From Octopus vulgaris (lineage: Eukaryota), in NCBI GenBank assembly GCA_951406725.2, contig OX597816.1:53816001-53880000 (forward strand): a DNA stretch of 64,000 nt, given 5' to 3'. Below, in pieces: positions 38,191 through 49,449 of the stretch. The translations under genes were made by a program, and so were the position numbers. The notes below the pieces were generated by a model. That model did no database searches and was not told the origin of the DNA. It worked only from the letters and a program-made list of their open reading frames with translations. Positions within the stretch are counted from its first letter, which is position 1, and the number at the start of each line of letters is the position of its first letter.

Positions 38191-38445
38191 TCGACCACGA
38201 TTGGATGGTGATTGTTACGTGCCCACAGCATGGAGGCCAGTCGGTGCGGTACTGGCTACGGCCACGTTCGGATGGTATTCTTGTGTGCCACCGGCACTGG
38301 TACCACAAATTCCATTGATGTTCATCTATTTTGATTTTGTTTGATTTTCACTTGCCTCAACAGGTCTTCACAAGTGTCACAAGAAGGAAGGTATGCACAG
38401 GTTGACTGACTACGTCCCAGGTAGGGGCCACGGGTTATGGCCTGA

Positions 38446-39777
38446 CTAGTCTTGCCGGGTCTTCTCACGCACAGCATACTTCCATAGGTCTCGGTCTCTA
38501 GTCATTTCCTTGGTGAGACCTAAAGTTCGTAGGTCGTGCCTCACCACTTCATCCCAGGTTTTCCTGGGTCTACCTCTTCCACAGGTTCCCTCAACTGCTT
38601 GGGTGTAGCACTTTTGCACACAACTATCTTCAGCCATTCTCGTCATATGACCATACCAGCGCAGCCGTCTCTCTTGCACACCACAACTGACGCTTCTTAG
38701 GTTCAACTTTTCTCTCAAGGTACTTACACTCTGACGATTATGAACACTGACATTACACATCCATCGGAGCATACTGGCTTCATTTCTTGCGAGCTTACGC
38801 ATATCCTCAGCAGTCACGGCCCATGTTTCACAACCATGTAGCATGGCTGTACGTACACATGCATCATAAAGTCTGCCTTTTACTCTGAGCGAGAGACCTT
38901 TTGTCACCAGCAGGGGTAAGAGCTCTCTAAACTTTGCCCAGGCTATTCTTACTCTAGCAGTTACACTTTCAGCACACCCACCCCCGCTACTAACTTGGTC
39001 TCCTAGGTAGCGGAAGCTATCAACTACTTCTAGTTTGTCTCCCTGGAACGTGGTAGAAGTTGGTCTCTGCACATTTCCAGTGTTTATTTCTCCTGAACAT
39101 CTGCCACATACGAAAACTATCTTCCCAGTTAGCCTACCTTTGACATTGCTGCACCTCTTATGTGTCCATAGCTTACACTTGGTGCACCTTATAGAGTTTC
39201 TACCTACACCTTTTCTACAGATCGAGCAGGGCCATCTACCTGAAGTCGTTTGTGGTTGGTCCACCTTCCTACTTATTAGGACTTTGGTTTTGGCTAGGTT
39301 GATTCTAAGGCCCTTCGATTCTAATCCTTGTTTCCACACCTGAAACTTCTCCTCCAGTTCTGATAGTGACTCAGCAATTAGGGCAAGGTCATCAGCATAT
39401 AGGAGCTCCCAGGGGCATCCTGTCTTAAATTCTTCCGTTATTGCCTGGAGGACTATGATAAATAGGAGGGGGCTGAGGACTGAACCTTGGTGGACCCCAA
39501 CCTCTACCCGGAATTCTTCACTGTACTCGTTGCCAACCCTCACCTTACTAGCTGCGTCTCTGTACATGGCTCGCACAGCTCTCACTAACCATTCATCTAT
39601 CCCTAGTTTCCTCATTGACCACCAGATAAGGGATCGGGGGACCCTGTCAAAGGCTTTCTCTAAGTCAACAAAAGCCAGGTACAAGGGCTTACCTTTGGCT
39701 AGGTATTTCTCCTGCAGCTGTCTTACCAGGAATATAGCATCAGTAGTACTTTTCCCTGGCACGAACCCAAACTGCAT
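38446..39777 (-). CDS. RTE ORF, C-terminal part: reverse transcriptase with embedded Cys/His finger
   Basis: QFGF, FVDLEKAFD, GVHQGSVLSP, LYADDL, FRYLG, RRLRWYGH, RGRPRKTW; no internal stops. Confidence 0.95.
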   Translation of the reverse strand: MQFGFVPGKSTTDAIFLVRQLQEKYLAKGKPLYLAFVDLEKAFDRVPRSLIWWSMRKLGIDEWLVRAVRAMYRDAASKVRVGNEYSEEFRVEVGVHQGSVLSPLLFIIVLQAITEEFKTGCPWELLYADDLALIAESLSELEEKFQVWKQGLESKGLRINLAKTKVLISRKVDQPQTTSGRWPCSICRKGVGRNSIRCTKCKLWTHKRCSNVKGRLTGKIVFVCGRCSGEINTGNVQRPTSTTFQGDKLEVVDSFRYLGDQVSSGGGCAESVTARVRIAWAKFRELLPLLVTKGLSLRVKGRLYDACVRTAMLHGCETWAVTAEDMRKLARNEASMLRWMCNVSVHNRQSVSTLREKLNLRSVSCGVQERRLRWYGHMTRMAEDSCVQKCYTQAVEGTCGRGRPRKTWDEVVRHDLRTLGLTKEMTRDRDLWKYAVREKTRQD

Positions 39778-39787
39778 ATCATCTAAG

Positions 39788-41575
39788 CTAACTCTCTCTA
39801 ATTAACTGGGCTATAACCCTCTCCGTAACCTTCATTACCTGATCCAACAGCTTGATACCCCTGTAGTTATTTGTATCTAGGGCATCGCCTTTACCCTTGT
39901 AGCAGTTGACTATTATGCTGCTACACCAGTCATTGGGTATGACTCCTTCGTGTATCACCTGGTTAACTATACGGGTGACTATGCTATAGCCGACACTACC
40001 AGATATTTTGAGCATCTCTGCAGTAATTCCTGATGGGCCTGGGGCTTTCCCTGTCTTCATGCTTCTAATTGCCTTAGCTACCACGGAACTATCAACTCGG
40101 ATAGCTGGTCCCTCTGTTGGGTCAACATTCGGCAGACTCTCTTTATCCCATTCATTTTCCTCATTCAGCAACCTTTCATAGTGGCGTCTCCAAGCTTCTC
40201 TCTTTGCATCCTCATTTAGCGCAAGTGAACCATCCTCCATGCGAACACATTTCTCTCCTACCACATCACGATTCTCTCTCACACACTGTCTTGCAACACG
40301 AAATACCTCAAGTCTTTCATCCTCACGGCGCAGGACATTGGCAAATTTTCTTTTATCTGCTTCCCCTCTGGCTAGATAGACCTGTCTCCTAGCTTCCCTT
40401 CTGGCAGTCTGATACACTTCCCTGCTACCACCGTTCTTCCAGGCCTTCCAAGCCTGTTTCTTTTGTCTAATAGCCCTGTCAACAATATTGTTCCACCACC
40501 ACGTTATTTTGGGTCTTAAGGGGACTTTGCACCAGCCACAGATCTGGTCAGCGGCTTTCAGCAGGTTGTCCCTCAGAAACGTCCAGTTGTCTTCTACCCC
40601 ATGTGTAGCTATACCCCCTTCCACTTCGTCAAAGGCTTCAAGTAACATATCTCTAAGTCTCTGTCCATTCGCAGGGTCTTTAAGCTTCCAGACCCTTCTT
40701 CTCCATGTTGGTCGTTTTCTAGTCGCCCTCTTAGTCCTGATCCTAAAGTCACTAACTACCAGTCTATGTTGTGGGGTGCATTCTTCGCCTGGGAAGGTTT
40801 TGGCATTTATAAGCAGCCATCTTTCCCTTTTTCTGGCAAGGATGTAATCGATTTGGCTAGTATGCCGGCCCGATCGGTAGGTGACCAGGTGGCTTGTTGG
40901 TTTCCTGAAGTTAGTGTTGCAGATCATAAGACTATTCGCATCGCAGAACTCCAGCAGCCTGGTTCCCTCCTCGTTGCGGGAACCATAACCGTAGCCTCCA
41001 TGTACGCCATGGAAGCCCCCAGCATGTCGTCCAACATGCCCATTGAAATCACCAGCCACAAAGAGAAGGTCCCTGTCGTTCGTCAATGAGGTGGTCTGCA
41101 GTAGGGTGTCATAGAAACTGTCTTTCTGTCCATCGGGTAGCCCTGGCTGAGGGGCATAGGCCGATATAATGGTTGCTAATCTATTATGAAGCACTATTCT
41201 AATCTTAAGTATTCTGTCACTTACTCTGATTACCTCAATTACTCTATCTATCCATTTCTCAGCGATAAGTATACCCACGCCACCAACCCCGTCAGTGTTC
41301 CCTGCCCAGAAAATCTTGTACCTGTGTTCCTTGCCTGTGAGGAACCTAGCAGATCCTCCTCTCCACCTTATTTCTTGCATACAACATACATCAACACGTC
41401 TCCGTTCAAGCATCTCGACTATCTCGCCAGACCTACCTTTCAGTGTGCCAGCGTTGAGGGTGCCCACCCTGAGGGGGTGGAAGGTATTGACCCGAGAGGC
41501 ACAGGGACGGGGAGCAGTGGCGTCATGTACCTGAAAAGAAGAAGAAAACTCGCATTTGGCAGAATTCATAAGCAA
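39788..41575 (-). CDS. RTE ORF, N-terminal part: APE endonuclease, linker and RT start
   Basis: VGTLNAGTL, CMQEIRW, SAYAPQ, AGDFNGHVG, QIDYIL, QHRLVV, GKAPGPSG, YKGKGD...NYRGIKLL; ends at a frameshift. Confidence 0.93.
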   Translation of the reverse strand: MLMNSAKCEFSSSFQVHDATAPRPCASRVNTFHPLRVGTLNAGTLKGRSGEIVEMLERRRVDVCCMQEIRWRGGSARFLTGKEHRYKIFWAGNTDGVGGVGILIAEKWIDRVIEVIRVSDRILKIRIVLHNRLATIISAYAPQPGLPDGQKDSFYDTLLQTTSLTNDRDLLFVAGDFNGHVGRHAGGFHGVHGGYGYGSRNEEGTRLLEFCDANSLMICNTNFRKPTSHLVTYRSGRHTSQIDYILARKRERWLLINAKTFPGEECTPQHRLVVSDFRIRTKRATRKRPTWRRRVWKLKDPANGQRLRDMLLEAFDEVEGGIATHGVEDNWTFLRDNLLKAADQICGWCKVPLRPKITWWWNNIVDRAIRQKKQAWKAWKNGGSREVYQTARREARRQVYLARGEADKRKFANVLRREDERLEVFRVARQCVRENRDVVGEKCVRMEDGSLALNEDAKREAWRRHYERLLNEENEWDKESLPNVDPTEGPAIRVDSSVVAKAIRSMKTGKAPGPSGITAEMLKISGSVGYSIVTRIVNQVIHEGVIPNDWCSSIIVNCYKGKGDALDTNNYRGIKLLDQVMKVTERVIAQLIRES

Positions 41576-43428
41576 AGCAATGAACTTAAGTTCAACCTGT
41601 TACACTGCACTATCATGTTTTTGCGCCGTATGGTCACCACCATATATAGAAGGGGTGGTATTGGTTTAAGGCCTTTAGGTGTTCATGGAAGAAAAGCAAA
41701 GGAAGGCAAGGTGAGATAAGGACTTCAGGTGCTGGTGGTGAGATAAGGACTTCCGGTACTGGTGGTGGTGGGGGCGGGAGGGCGGGCGCACTGCGCAGTG
41801 GGAGAAGACGAGATTTAGGCGGCAGTAAGAAAGACAAGATTTGAGATGGAAAGGTTTGCGGTCGTGTGCATAAGTTTCTATGAGTGGAAGTTGGGAAAGA
41901 TGGGTTAGAGAATTAAGCAACAGAAAGACCAGATTTGAGACGAGATATTTTTTTTGCGGTCGTGTGAATAAGTTTTTGTGAGCGAAAGTTTATATGCTTC
42001 AGCTAGCATTTGAGACGAAGGACAACGATAACGATAATATATGGGGACACAATAATAAGGCTTGATGGTGATAATAATACTTGCAAAAACAATGAAAGAG
42101 GGACAGGTCGTGAACTTAAATATGACTTAGCTGATATTATTCATCATCCTGCGGTTCGTAGTTCGTGTGTTATAGCCAGGAGAGAAGCAATAATAAGGGC
42201 GGTCAAGCCTCGTGCGTAGGGTTTTATAGGGGAGGGGGTGCGGAGGTGTGGGTAGAAGGCAGAGCGTATTGGCTAAGCCTGTGGCAGCGAGTGAAAGTGA
42301 AATATATAGAGAGAGAGAGACAGCGATAACAGAGGGAGAAAACGACACCGCAGAGAGAGAGAGAGAGAGAGAGGGAGGGAGAGAGACATGGTGATAACAG
42401 AGGGGCAAAAACGACACCGGGCACTGGGAGAAGACGAGATTTAGACGAAAGTAAGAAAGACAAGATTTGAGATGGAAAGGTTTGCGGTCGTGTGCATAAG
42501 TTTCTATGAGTGGAAGTTGGGAAAGATGGGTTAGAGAATTAAGCGACAGAAAGACCAGATTTGAGACGCAGAGAAATGGGTGGATAAGGTCATAGAGGTA
42601 ATCAGGGTGTGTGATAGTGTGCTTAAGCTCAGGCTAGTCCTGCAGAATAGTATAGCTACAATTATCTCTGCCTATGCCCCACAAGTGGACCTACCAAATG
42701 ACCAGAAGGACCACTTTTATGATACCGTTCTACAGGCTACCTCAAAGACAAGTGGCAATGACCTCATCTTTGCGGTTGGAGATTTTAATGGGCATTTCGG
42801 ATGGCACTCCAGTATCTTCCATGGTGTTCATGGGGGCCATGGAATTGGTTCCCGAAATGAAGAGGGAACTAGGCTACTGGAGTTCTGCGATGCATGCAAC
42901 CTATTAATCTGCAACACTAATTTCAGGATGCCAGTCAGCCACCTGATAAACTATCAATCAGGTGACTCTGCCAGCCAGATTGATTTCATCTTCACCAGAC
43001 AACGGGATGCAGGGTTGCTCTTAAATACAAAGACCCTCCCTGGTGAAGAATGTACCCCCTCAGCATAGACTAATTATTAGTGACTTTAGACTCAAGGCCA
43101 GAAGGATGCCACGAAGCAGACCAATCCAAAAATGGATTTGGAAGCTAAAGGACCCTTCACATGGTCAGAGATTTAGGGACATCCTCATTGAGAAATTTGA
43201 TGAGAGGGTAGATGAGCTACAGATTTCAGACATAGAGGGTAACTGCCTTGACAGCAATGTAACCTTTGATGAATAGCTCATGGAGTACTCCGCATTGAGT
43301 AATTATTATTTCCGAGGTTCTGCTAGTTAGGAAATAATAATTATTTGATGAATGATTATTATTATATATATATATATATATATATATAACTTGGATTTTA
43401 CCTGCACCATTCCCTCAATTTGGATATA

Positions 43429-43790
43429 TCATCATCATCATCATCATCATCGTTTAGCGTCCGCTTTCCATGCTAGCATGAGTTGGACGGTTCAACTGGG
43501 GTCTGGGAAGCCAGAAGGCTGCACCAGGCCCAGTCTGATCTGGCAATGTTTCTACAGCTGGATGCCCTTCCTAACGCCAACCACTCCATGAGTGTAGTGG
43601 GTGCTTTTTACGTGCCACTGGCACGGGTGCCAGACGAGGCTGGCAAACGGCCACGATCGGATGGTGCTTTTTACGTGCCATTGGCACAAGACCAGTCGAG
43701 GCGGCGCTGGCATCAGCCATATTTGGATGGTTCTCTTACATGCCCCCCGGCACTGGTATCACAGCTGCAATTTCTATTGATGTTGATCGA
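43429..43790 (-). mobile_element. 5'-truncated RTE 3'UTR insertion with ~48-bp TSD
   Basis: Same tail as 37621-37860; 43381-43428 is repeated at 43801-43848. Confidence 0.85.
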
Positions 43791-45497
43791 TATATATATG
43801 TATATATAACTTGGATTTTACCAGCACCATTCCCTCAATTTGGATATACACACACACACACATGCGACTTAGATTCTCTCAGATGCCCAGAGGGCTCTCT
43901 TGAGGTTGTTGATAATTTCTGTTACCTAGGTGATCAAATTATCAATGGTGGAGGATGCTCAGAAAGTATTGTTTCTAGAATAAGAATTGGGTGGAGGAAG
44001 TTCAGAGAGCTATTACCTCTGTTGGCAACAAAAGGACTCTCTGAGCGAGAGTCCTTTTTTTTGCCACAAGCACCATACAGTCTCCATGGTAGTGAGACAT
44101 GGGCTCTGAATGTAGACGACATGCGTAGACTTGAGAGAAATGAAAGTAGTATGCACTGTTGGATGTGCAACATCAGTGCGCATATATATGACAAAATGCA
44201 AATGTATTGAGAGAAAAGTTGGGCATAAGGGGAATCAAATGTAGCATGCAAGAGAGAAGACTATGTTGGTTGGGACATATGATGTGTATGAATGAGGACA
44301 GCTGCATAAAGAAGTGTTGATCACTGAAAGGGGATGGTACCCATAAAAGAGGGAGACTCAGGAAGACATGGGATGAGGTGGTAAAAACCAATCTCAGGGT
44401 GTTGGGCCTCGTGAAGGAAATGATAATGAACCAAGGTCTCTGGTAATATGAGGGTCTTGAGAAGATCTGCCCATGTCAGTGAAACTGAGTTCTAGAAATA
44501 CTGTGTCCCACCCACACTTAACAAGAAAACTTCTTACACGCTCTACCACAATGAACTAAACTACATCTCTTCCTCACATTTCCTCCTTTATACATTATGC
44601 CTCCCAGGGCATACATACCTCAAGGGTATGCGCTGGCACTTGCCACCATCTATATCTCTTCCTTTACTCAACGATCCCCATCCATTGCGAGTATGCCCGG
44701 CACTTTGCCACCATCTCTGCCCTGGTGTCTCCTACACTCTCCCCCTCCTCCTGCATTTCCCTCAGTTTGGGTAACCATGTATTTTCTTTGAGGCAGTGCA
44801 CCTGTTTCTGTCTTCATTCTTCTTCTCTCTCTCTCTCCCCTCCCCCCATCTGGGTAACCTTGTACTTCCTCAACAGCAAAACACCCATTTCTGTGTCTGT
44901 CTCACTATAACCTTTCATCATCTCTCCAATTCCCTCTCTCCACTCAGATTTTTTTTTGTCTTGCAAGTACTTGGTGACCCTCTCAGTGCAGGTGCCACTT
45001 AAAAGCACCCAGTCCACACTGTTAAGTGGTTGGTGTTTGGAAGGGCATCTAGGTGTTGAACCCTTACCAAAATTGACACTGCCTGTGCTTGTGCCACGTA
45101 AAAAGCACTAAGTCCACTCTGCTGAGTGGTTGGTGTTAGAAAGGGCTTCCAGCTGTAAAAATCCGACCAAAACAGTTGCAAAAGTCTGATGCAGGCTTCT
45201 GGCTGGCCAGCTCCTGTCAAACCGTCCCACCCATGCCAGCATGGAAGGTGGACATTAAGTGATGAAGGCAATACACACAAGATAGGAAAATAGTGTGATG
45301 TAACAATGAAAAGTAATTTACAATGAATGCCAAAACGAAGTAATAGTGTATGGAAATAATGTTTGGAAAATGAGGTATGGTCCAGTGAGCTGTTGAAACT
45401 ATTCCTGGAATAGAGAAATAGAAAAGATACAGAATTTGTTTTGCAGAAATAGGAAATGAAGAGAATTGCATGCTAGAAATGGGATACAGCAGTTTAA

Positions 45498-45708
45498 TCC
45501 TTTAGTGTTTGCATTAATCTGCCAAAATTAATCCTTTTTTATCCACATTGTTTTGAACTAATCAGGCATTATCTTGGTGCTATAAGATTTTGATGAGGTA
45601 GCTGTTAATTTTTAAAACAATATTGTAGGGTTGGTGTGAGAGACCAGATATGGCCAGTTTGAACATAAAACAGGCAGAATACTTATGGCCGGTTTAAATG
45701 CTAAAGGG
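45498..45708. mobile_element. piggyBac-type MITE
   Basis: TTAA|TCCTTTAG...CTAAAGGG|TTAA; second copy at 61196-61414. Confidence 0.75.
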
Positions 45709-45781
45709 TTAAACAAAAATGTAAGAAGACAGTGGTTGTGTATGTTGGTATCATAAATGAAAGAAGGTGCAAAAAAAAAGT

Positions 45782-46200
45782 AGGCGCAGGAGTGGCTGTG
45801 TGATAAGTAACTTGCTAACCAGCCACATGGTTCTGGGTTCAATCCCACTGCGTGGCATGTTGGGCAAGTGTCTTCTGCTATAGCCTCAGGCCGACCAAAG
45901 CCTTGTGAGTGGATTTGGTAGATGGAAACTGAAATGTATATATATGTATGCTAGCATGGAAAGCGGACGTTAAACAATGATGATGATGATGTGTATATGT
46001 TTGTGTGTCTGTGTTTGTCCCTCTAGCATTGCTTGACAACCGATGCTGGTGTGTTTACGTCCCCGTCACTTAGCAGTTCGGCAAAAGAGACCGATAGAAT
46101 AAGTACTGGACTTACAAAGAATAAGTCCCGGGGTCCATTTGCTCGACTAAAGGCGGTGCTCCAGCATGGCCGCAGTCAAATGACTGAAACAAGTAAGAGA
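45782..46200 (+). mobile_element. SINE family A containing a ~45-bp RTE tail insertion
   Basis: Full head and tail; ATGCTAGCATGGAAAGCGGACGTTAAACAA(TGA)n at ~45948-45990. Confidence 0.88.
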
Positions 46201-47279
46201 GAGACAAAAGATGAAATAATTCCCGTTAGTTGTCGATCCAGAGATTGTTGAGATTGGAATGGGACCATTAACCCTAGTGATGTTGACAGCTTTCCGAAAT
46301 AATTGATGCCAACCCACACAAGATTACTCCTTGTTCTATGATACATATTTCCTGTTTAAGTAATCTAAATTAAAACCTTCCAGCAACATGTTATGTTAAT
46401 GTTCTAAACACCAGCTTAAAGACAATTGTTTTACTAAATTCTTTATTCTTTTCAAAACTGAGATGCAGCATATTGCAACAGCAATATAGTAACAAAAGGA
46501 TTTGATACTGTGGAGATAAACTAAGCTGCCTGGTTAGTGCAAAAATAGGAAGGTTGTGTGTGTGTGTGTGTGAAATTGTGCTGTCAGTGTTGGCACGACT
46601 GGAAACAGAACTGGGAGATGTGTAAGTTTGTGGGGCAGCAGAGTGAAGGAAGTTACTAAGGTTATGAGCAAGGACATGTAAATTTTCTATGTTATCTCCT
46701 GGCATATGTCTTGGGAATAGATAGAAAACATTCACCCTGTAACTGTTTGATAAATGTTGTTTTAAATTGGCTTAGAGACAATGTATTGGGGAGATAAAGT
46801 TAAAAAGAAGCTGGAATTGTCAGCTGAAATAGTCTGGTGGGATAATTAGGCAGACTGTTCAATGATTAATGAGTTAGTACCACTTAATTAAGTAGTCTAG
46901 ATTGAAATGTCACCATTTTTAGTAACAGTGAAGCTGAAAGGGGAAAAAAATGACTTTGTTAAGCATTAGTCTGTACATTCAGTAACCCAACATTTTCGAG
47001 GTATTTCCCTAATTCCATCTCTTTTTAGATTTACAATCCTTCATAATCTCACTCAGTCTCTAATCTGTTGATTTCAACAAGACAAGATCCATTCTAATCT
47101 CATCATCATTGTTTAACGTCCGCTTTCCATGCTGGCATGGGTTGGACGGTTTGACTGAGGACTGGTGAGCCAGGCTCAATCTGATCTGGCAAAGTTTCTA
47201 TGGCTGGATACCCTTCCTAACACCAACCACTCTGAGAGTGTAGTGGGTGCTTTTACGTGCCACCAGGCGGTTTTGGAGC

Positions 47280-47820
47280 ACCACTGATTCTATATTTCTG
47301 GTAAGGCAGCTGCAGGAGAAATACATAGCCAAAGATAAATCTCTGTACTTGTCTTTTGTTGACCTGGAGAAAGCCTTTGACTGGGTCCCCTGATTCCTTA
47401 TCAGGTGGTCAGTGCAGAAACTATGGATAGACAAGTGGTTGGTGAGAGCTATGTACAGGGATGCTGTCAGTAAGGTGAAGAACACAGGCTGCCCCTGGGA
47501 GCTACTCTATGCTGATGACCTTGCTCTTATAGCTGAATCACTATTGCAACTATAGAAGTTTCAGGTATGGAAGTAGGGTTGAGAATTGAAGGGCCTTAGA
47601 GTTAACCTAGCAAAAACCAAAGTCTTAGTAAGTAGGAAAGCTGACAAATAACAAATCCCTTCAGGCAAATGGCCCCGCTTGATATGTAGAAAAGGTGTAG
47701 GTAGAAACTCCATAAGATGACCCTGTGTAAGCTATGAACACATAAGAGGTGCAGCAATATCAGTGGAAGGTTAACAGGGAAAACAGTTTTTGTGTGTGGA
47801 AGATGCACAGGTACAATAAA
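47280..47820 (+). mobile_element. RTE RT fragment (an RTE tail lies on the minus strand at 47100-47270)
   Basis: TTDSIFLVRQLQEKY...FVDLEKAFD...ELLYADDL with stops and deletions. Confidence 0.85.
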
Positions 47821-47889
47821 GCTGGGCTATATAACTGTGATTATTTTCTATCCGAATTTTCATAAAAAGGCAAACAAATCACTCCCAGT

Positions 47890-48420
47890 GACTTAGGATG
47901 TTATCAAATTTATGCAGGAGCTGTGATAGGCAGTCCTTGCCTTTGCAGAACCCATAGTTGTTGGAATTAGGAAGACTATTTTTTTTCTAGGAATTGAGTT
48001 ACTTGAGATCTCACTGTCTCAAATAATTTGATGATTTGAGAAGTAAATGAGATTGGTTGGTAATTCACTGGGAGTGATTTGTTTGCTTTTTTAATAAAAA
48101 TTGGGATAGAAAAATAATCACAGGTATACAGCCAGTGTCCAGAGGATAGCTAGAAAGGGTGTGATTTGATGTAAAATCTCCTTTAGGACTCTAGCAGAGA
48201 ATCTATCAGGGCCCACAGCTGAGTTGTTTTTAATTTTGCACATAGCTGCTATGATATTCAATGTGCCAATTGGATAGGATGTACTGGAGGTTTGCTTCAT
48301 AGATGCTGTCCAGGTCAACCATATTGGAATTTCTGAAAGCAGAGCAGTATTGCTTCTGCAGAATCTCAACCATGTGCTTTGTACTCTTACAAATAAGTCG
48401 GCCACCTTAAGGTTTTTGGT
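47890..48420 (-). mobile_element. CR1/Jockey-like LINE RT N-terminal fragment
   Basis: KIKNNSAVGPDRFSARVLKEILHQITPFLAIL, followed by an NY.PISFTS-like region. Confidence 0.6.
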
Positions 48421-49089
48421 GAATGAGATTATTCTGCAATTAAGTTTTATTTTCTCAATGGCTCAGTTCTTTGACTGTCAATGACAGTCTGAATTATGTT
48501 TCTTTAATTCCAGTAAAGTTATATATCTGTCGAGTGGGTGGGTGGGGGGAGCGGTTGCTGCTAGCAATATTGTAGTCAGTTGGTTTTTTTTATTTGTCCT
48601 CTTTATTTTTCTAAGTGTTTTTTCTGTTAAGTAGAAGCCAGTGTTTAGCTTTGCTCCTGGACCTTAGTAGAATGTGGTGGGGACATATATTTGTGACAAT
48701 GTCCACAAATAACTACCAGGAAGTATTGATGTTGGTTGGGGTTTGAGTTGGTGAAAAACCAATCAACAAATGAAGGATTGTAAATCATTGATCCTGCTAA
48801 GACCTTAGGGCAATCAGTATCTTCTGAATGAATTGAAATGAATTTAATAGATGGAAACTGAACATGAGCAAGTCTACTTGATTTTGTCATTTTGACTGTG
48901 GCCATGCTGGAGCACTGCATTTAGTCGAACCAAATTGACCCTAGAACTTATTCTTTGTAAGCCTAGTACTTATATCAGTCTCTTTTGCAAAACTGCTAAG
49001 TTACAGGGGTCATAAACACAGCAACGTCAGTTGTCATATGATGGTGTTGGGGACAAGCACAGATACACAAATACATATCTATCTATCTA

Positions 49090-49449
49090 TCTTGTTTCAG
49101 TCATTTGACTTGGCCATGCTGGAGCACCGCCTTTAGTCAAGCACATCGACCCCAGGACTTATTCTTTGTAAGTCTAGTACTTATTCTATTGGTTTCTTTT
49201 GCCGAACCGCTAAGTAACAGAGACGTAAACACAGCACCATTGGTTGTCAAGCGATGTTGGGGAGACAAACACATAAACACACACATACATATACATATAT
49301 ACAACGGGCTTCTTTCAGTTTCCATTTACCGAATCCTCTCACAAGGTTCATGGTAGAAGGCACTTGCCCAAGGTGCCACACAGTGGGAATGAACCCGGAA
49401 CTATGAGGTTGGTAAGCAAGCTACTTACCACACAGCCAATCCTGTGCCT
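49090..49449 (-). mobile_element. SINE family A (another partial copy at 48880-49075)
   Basis: Diverged but collinear with 8440-8868. Confidence 0.85.

Larger units (their letters stand above)
37621..42568 (-). mobile_element. Young, near-full-length RTE LINE (~4.95 kb)
   Basis: 5'UTR with direct repeats, APE+RT coding region with a single frameshift, 3'UTR with tandem array and (GAT)n tail. Confidence 0.95.
37400..45265 (+). mobile_element. Older RTE LINE, split by nested insertions and lacking most of RT
   Basis: APE start (FRVGAVNVGT...GVGGVGRL) at 37420-37620 continues in register at 42568 (AEKWVDKVIEVIRV...GDFNGH...QIDF); RT C-terminus at 43865-44470; 3' tail ending ~45265. Confidence 0.85.
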
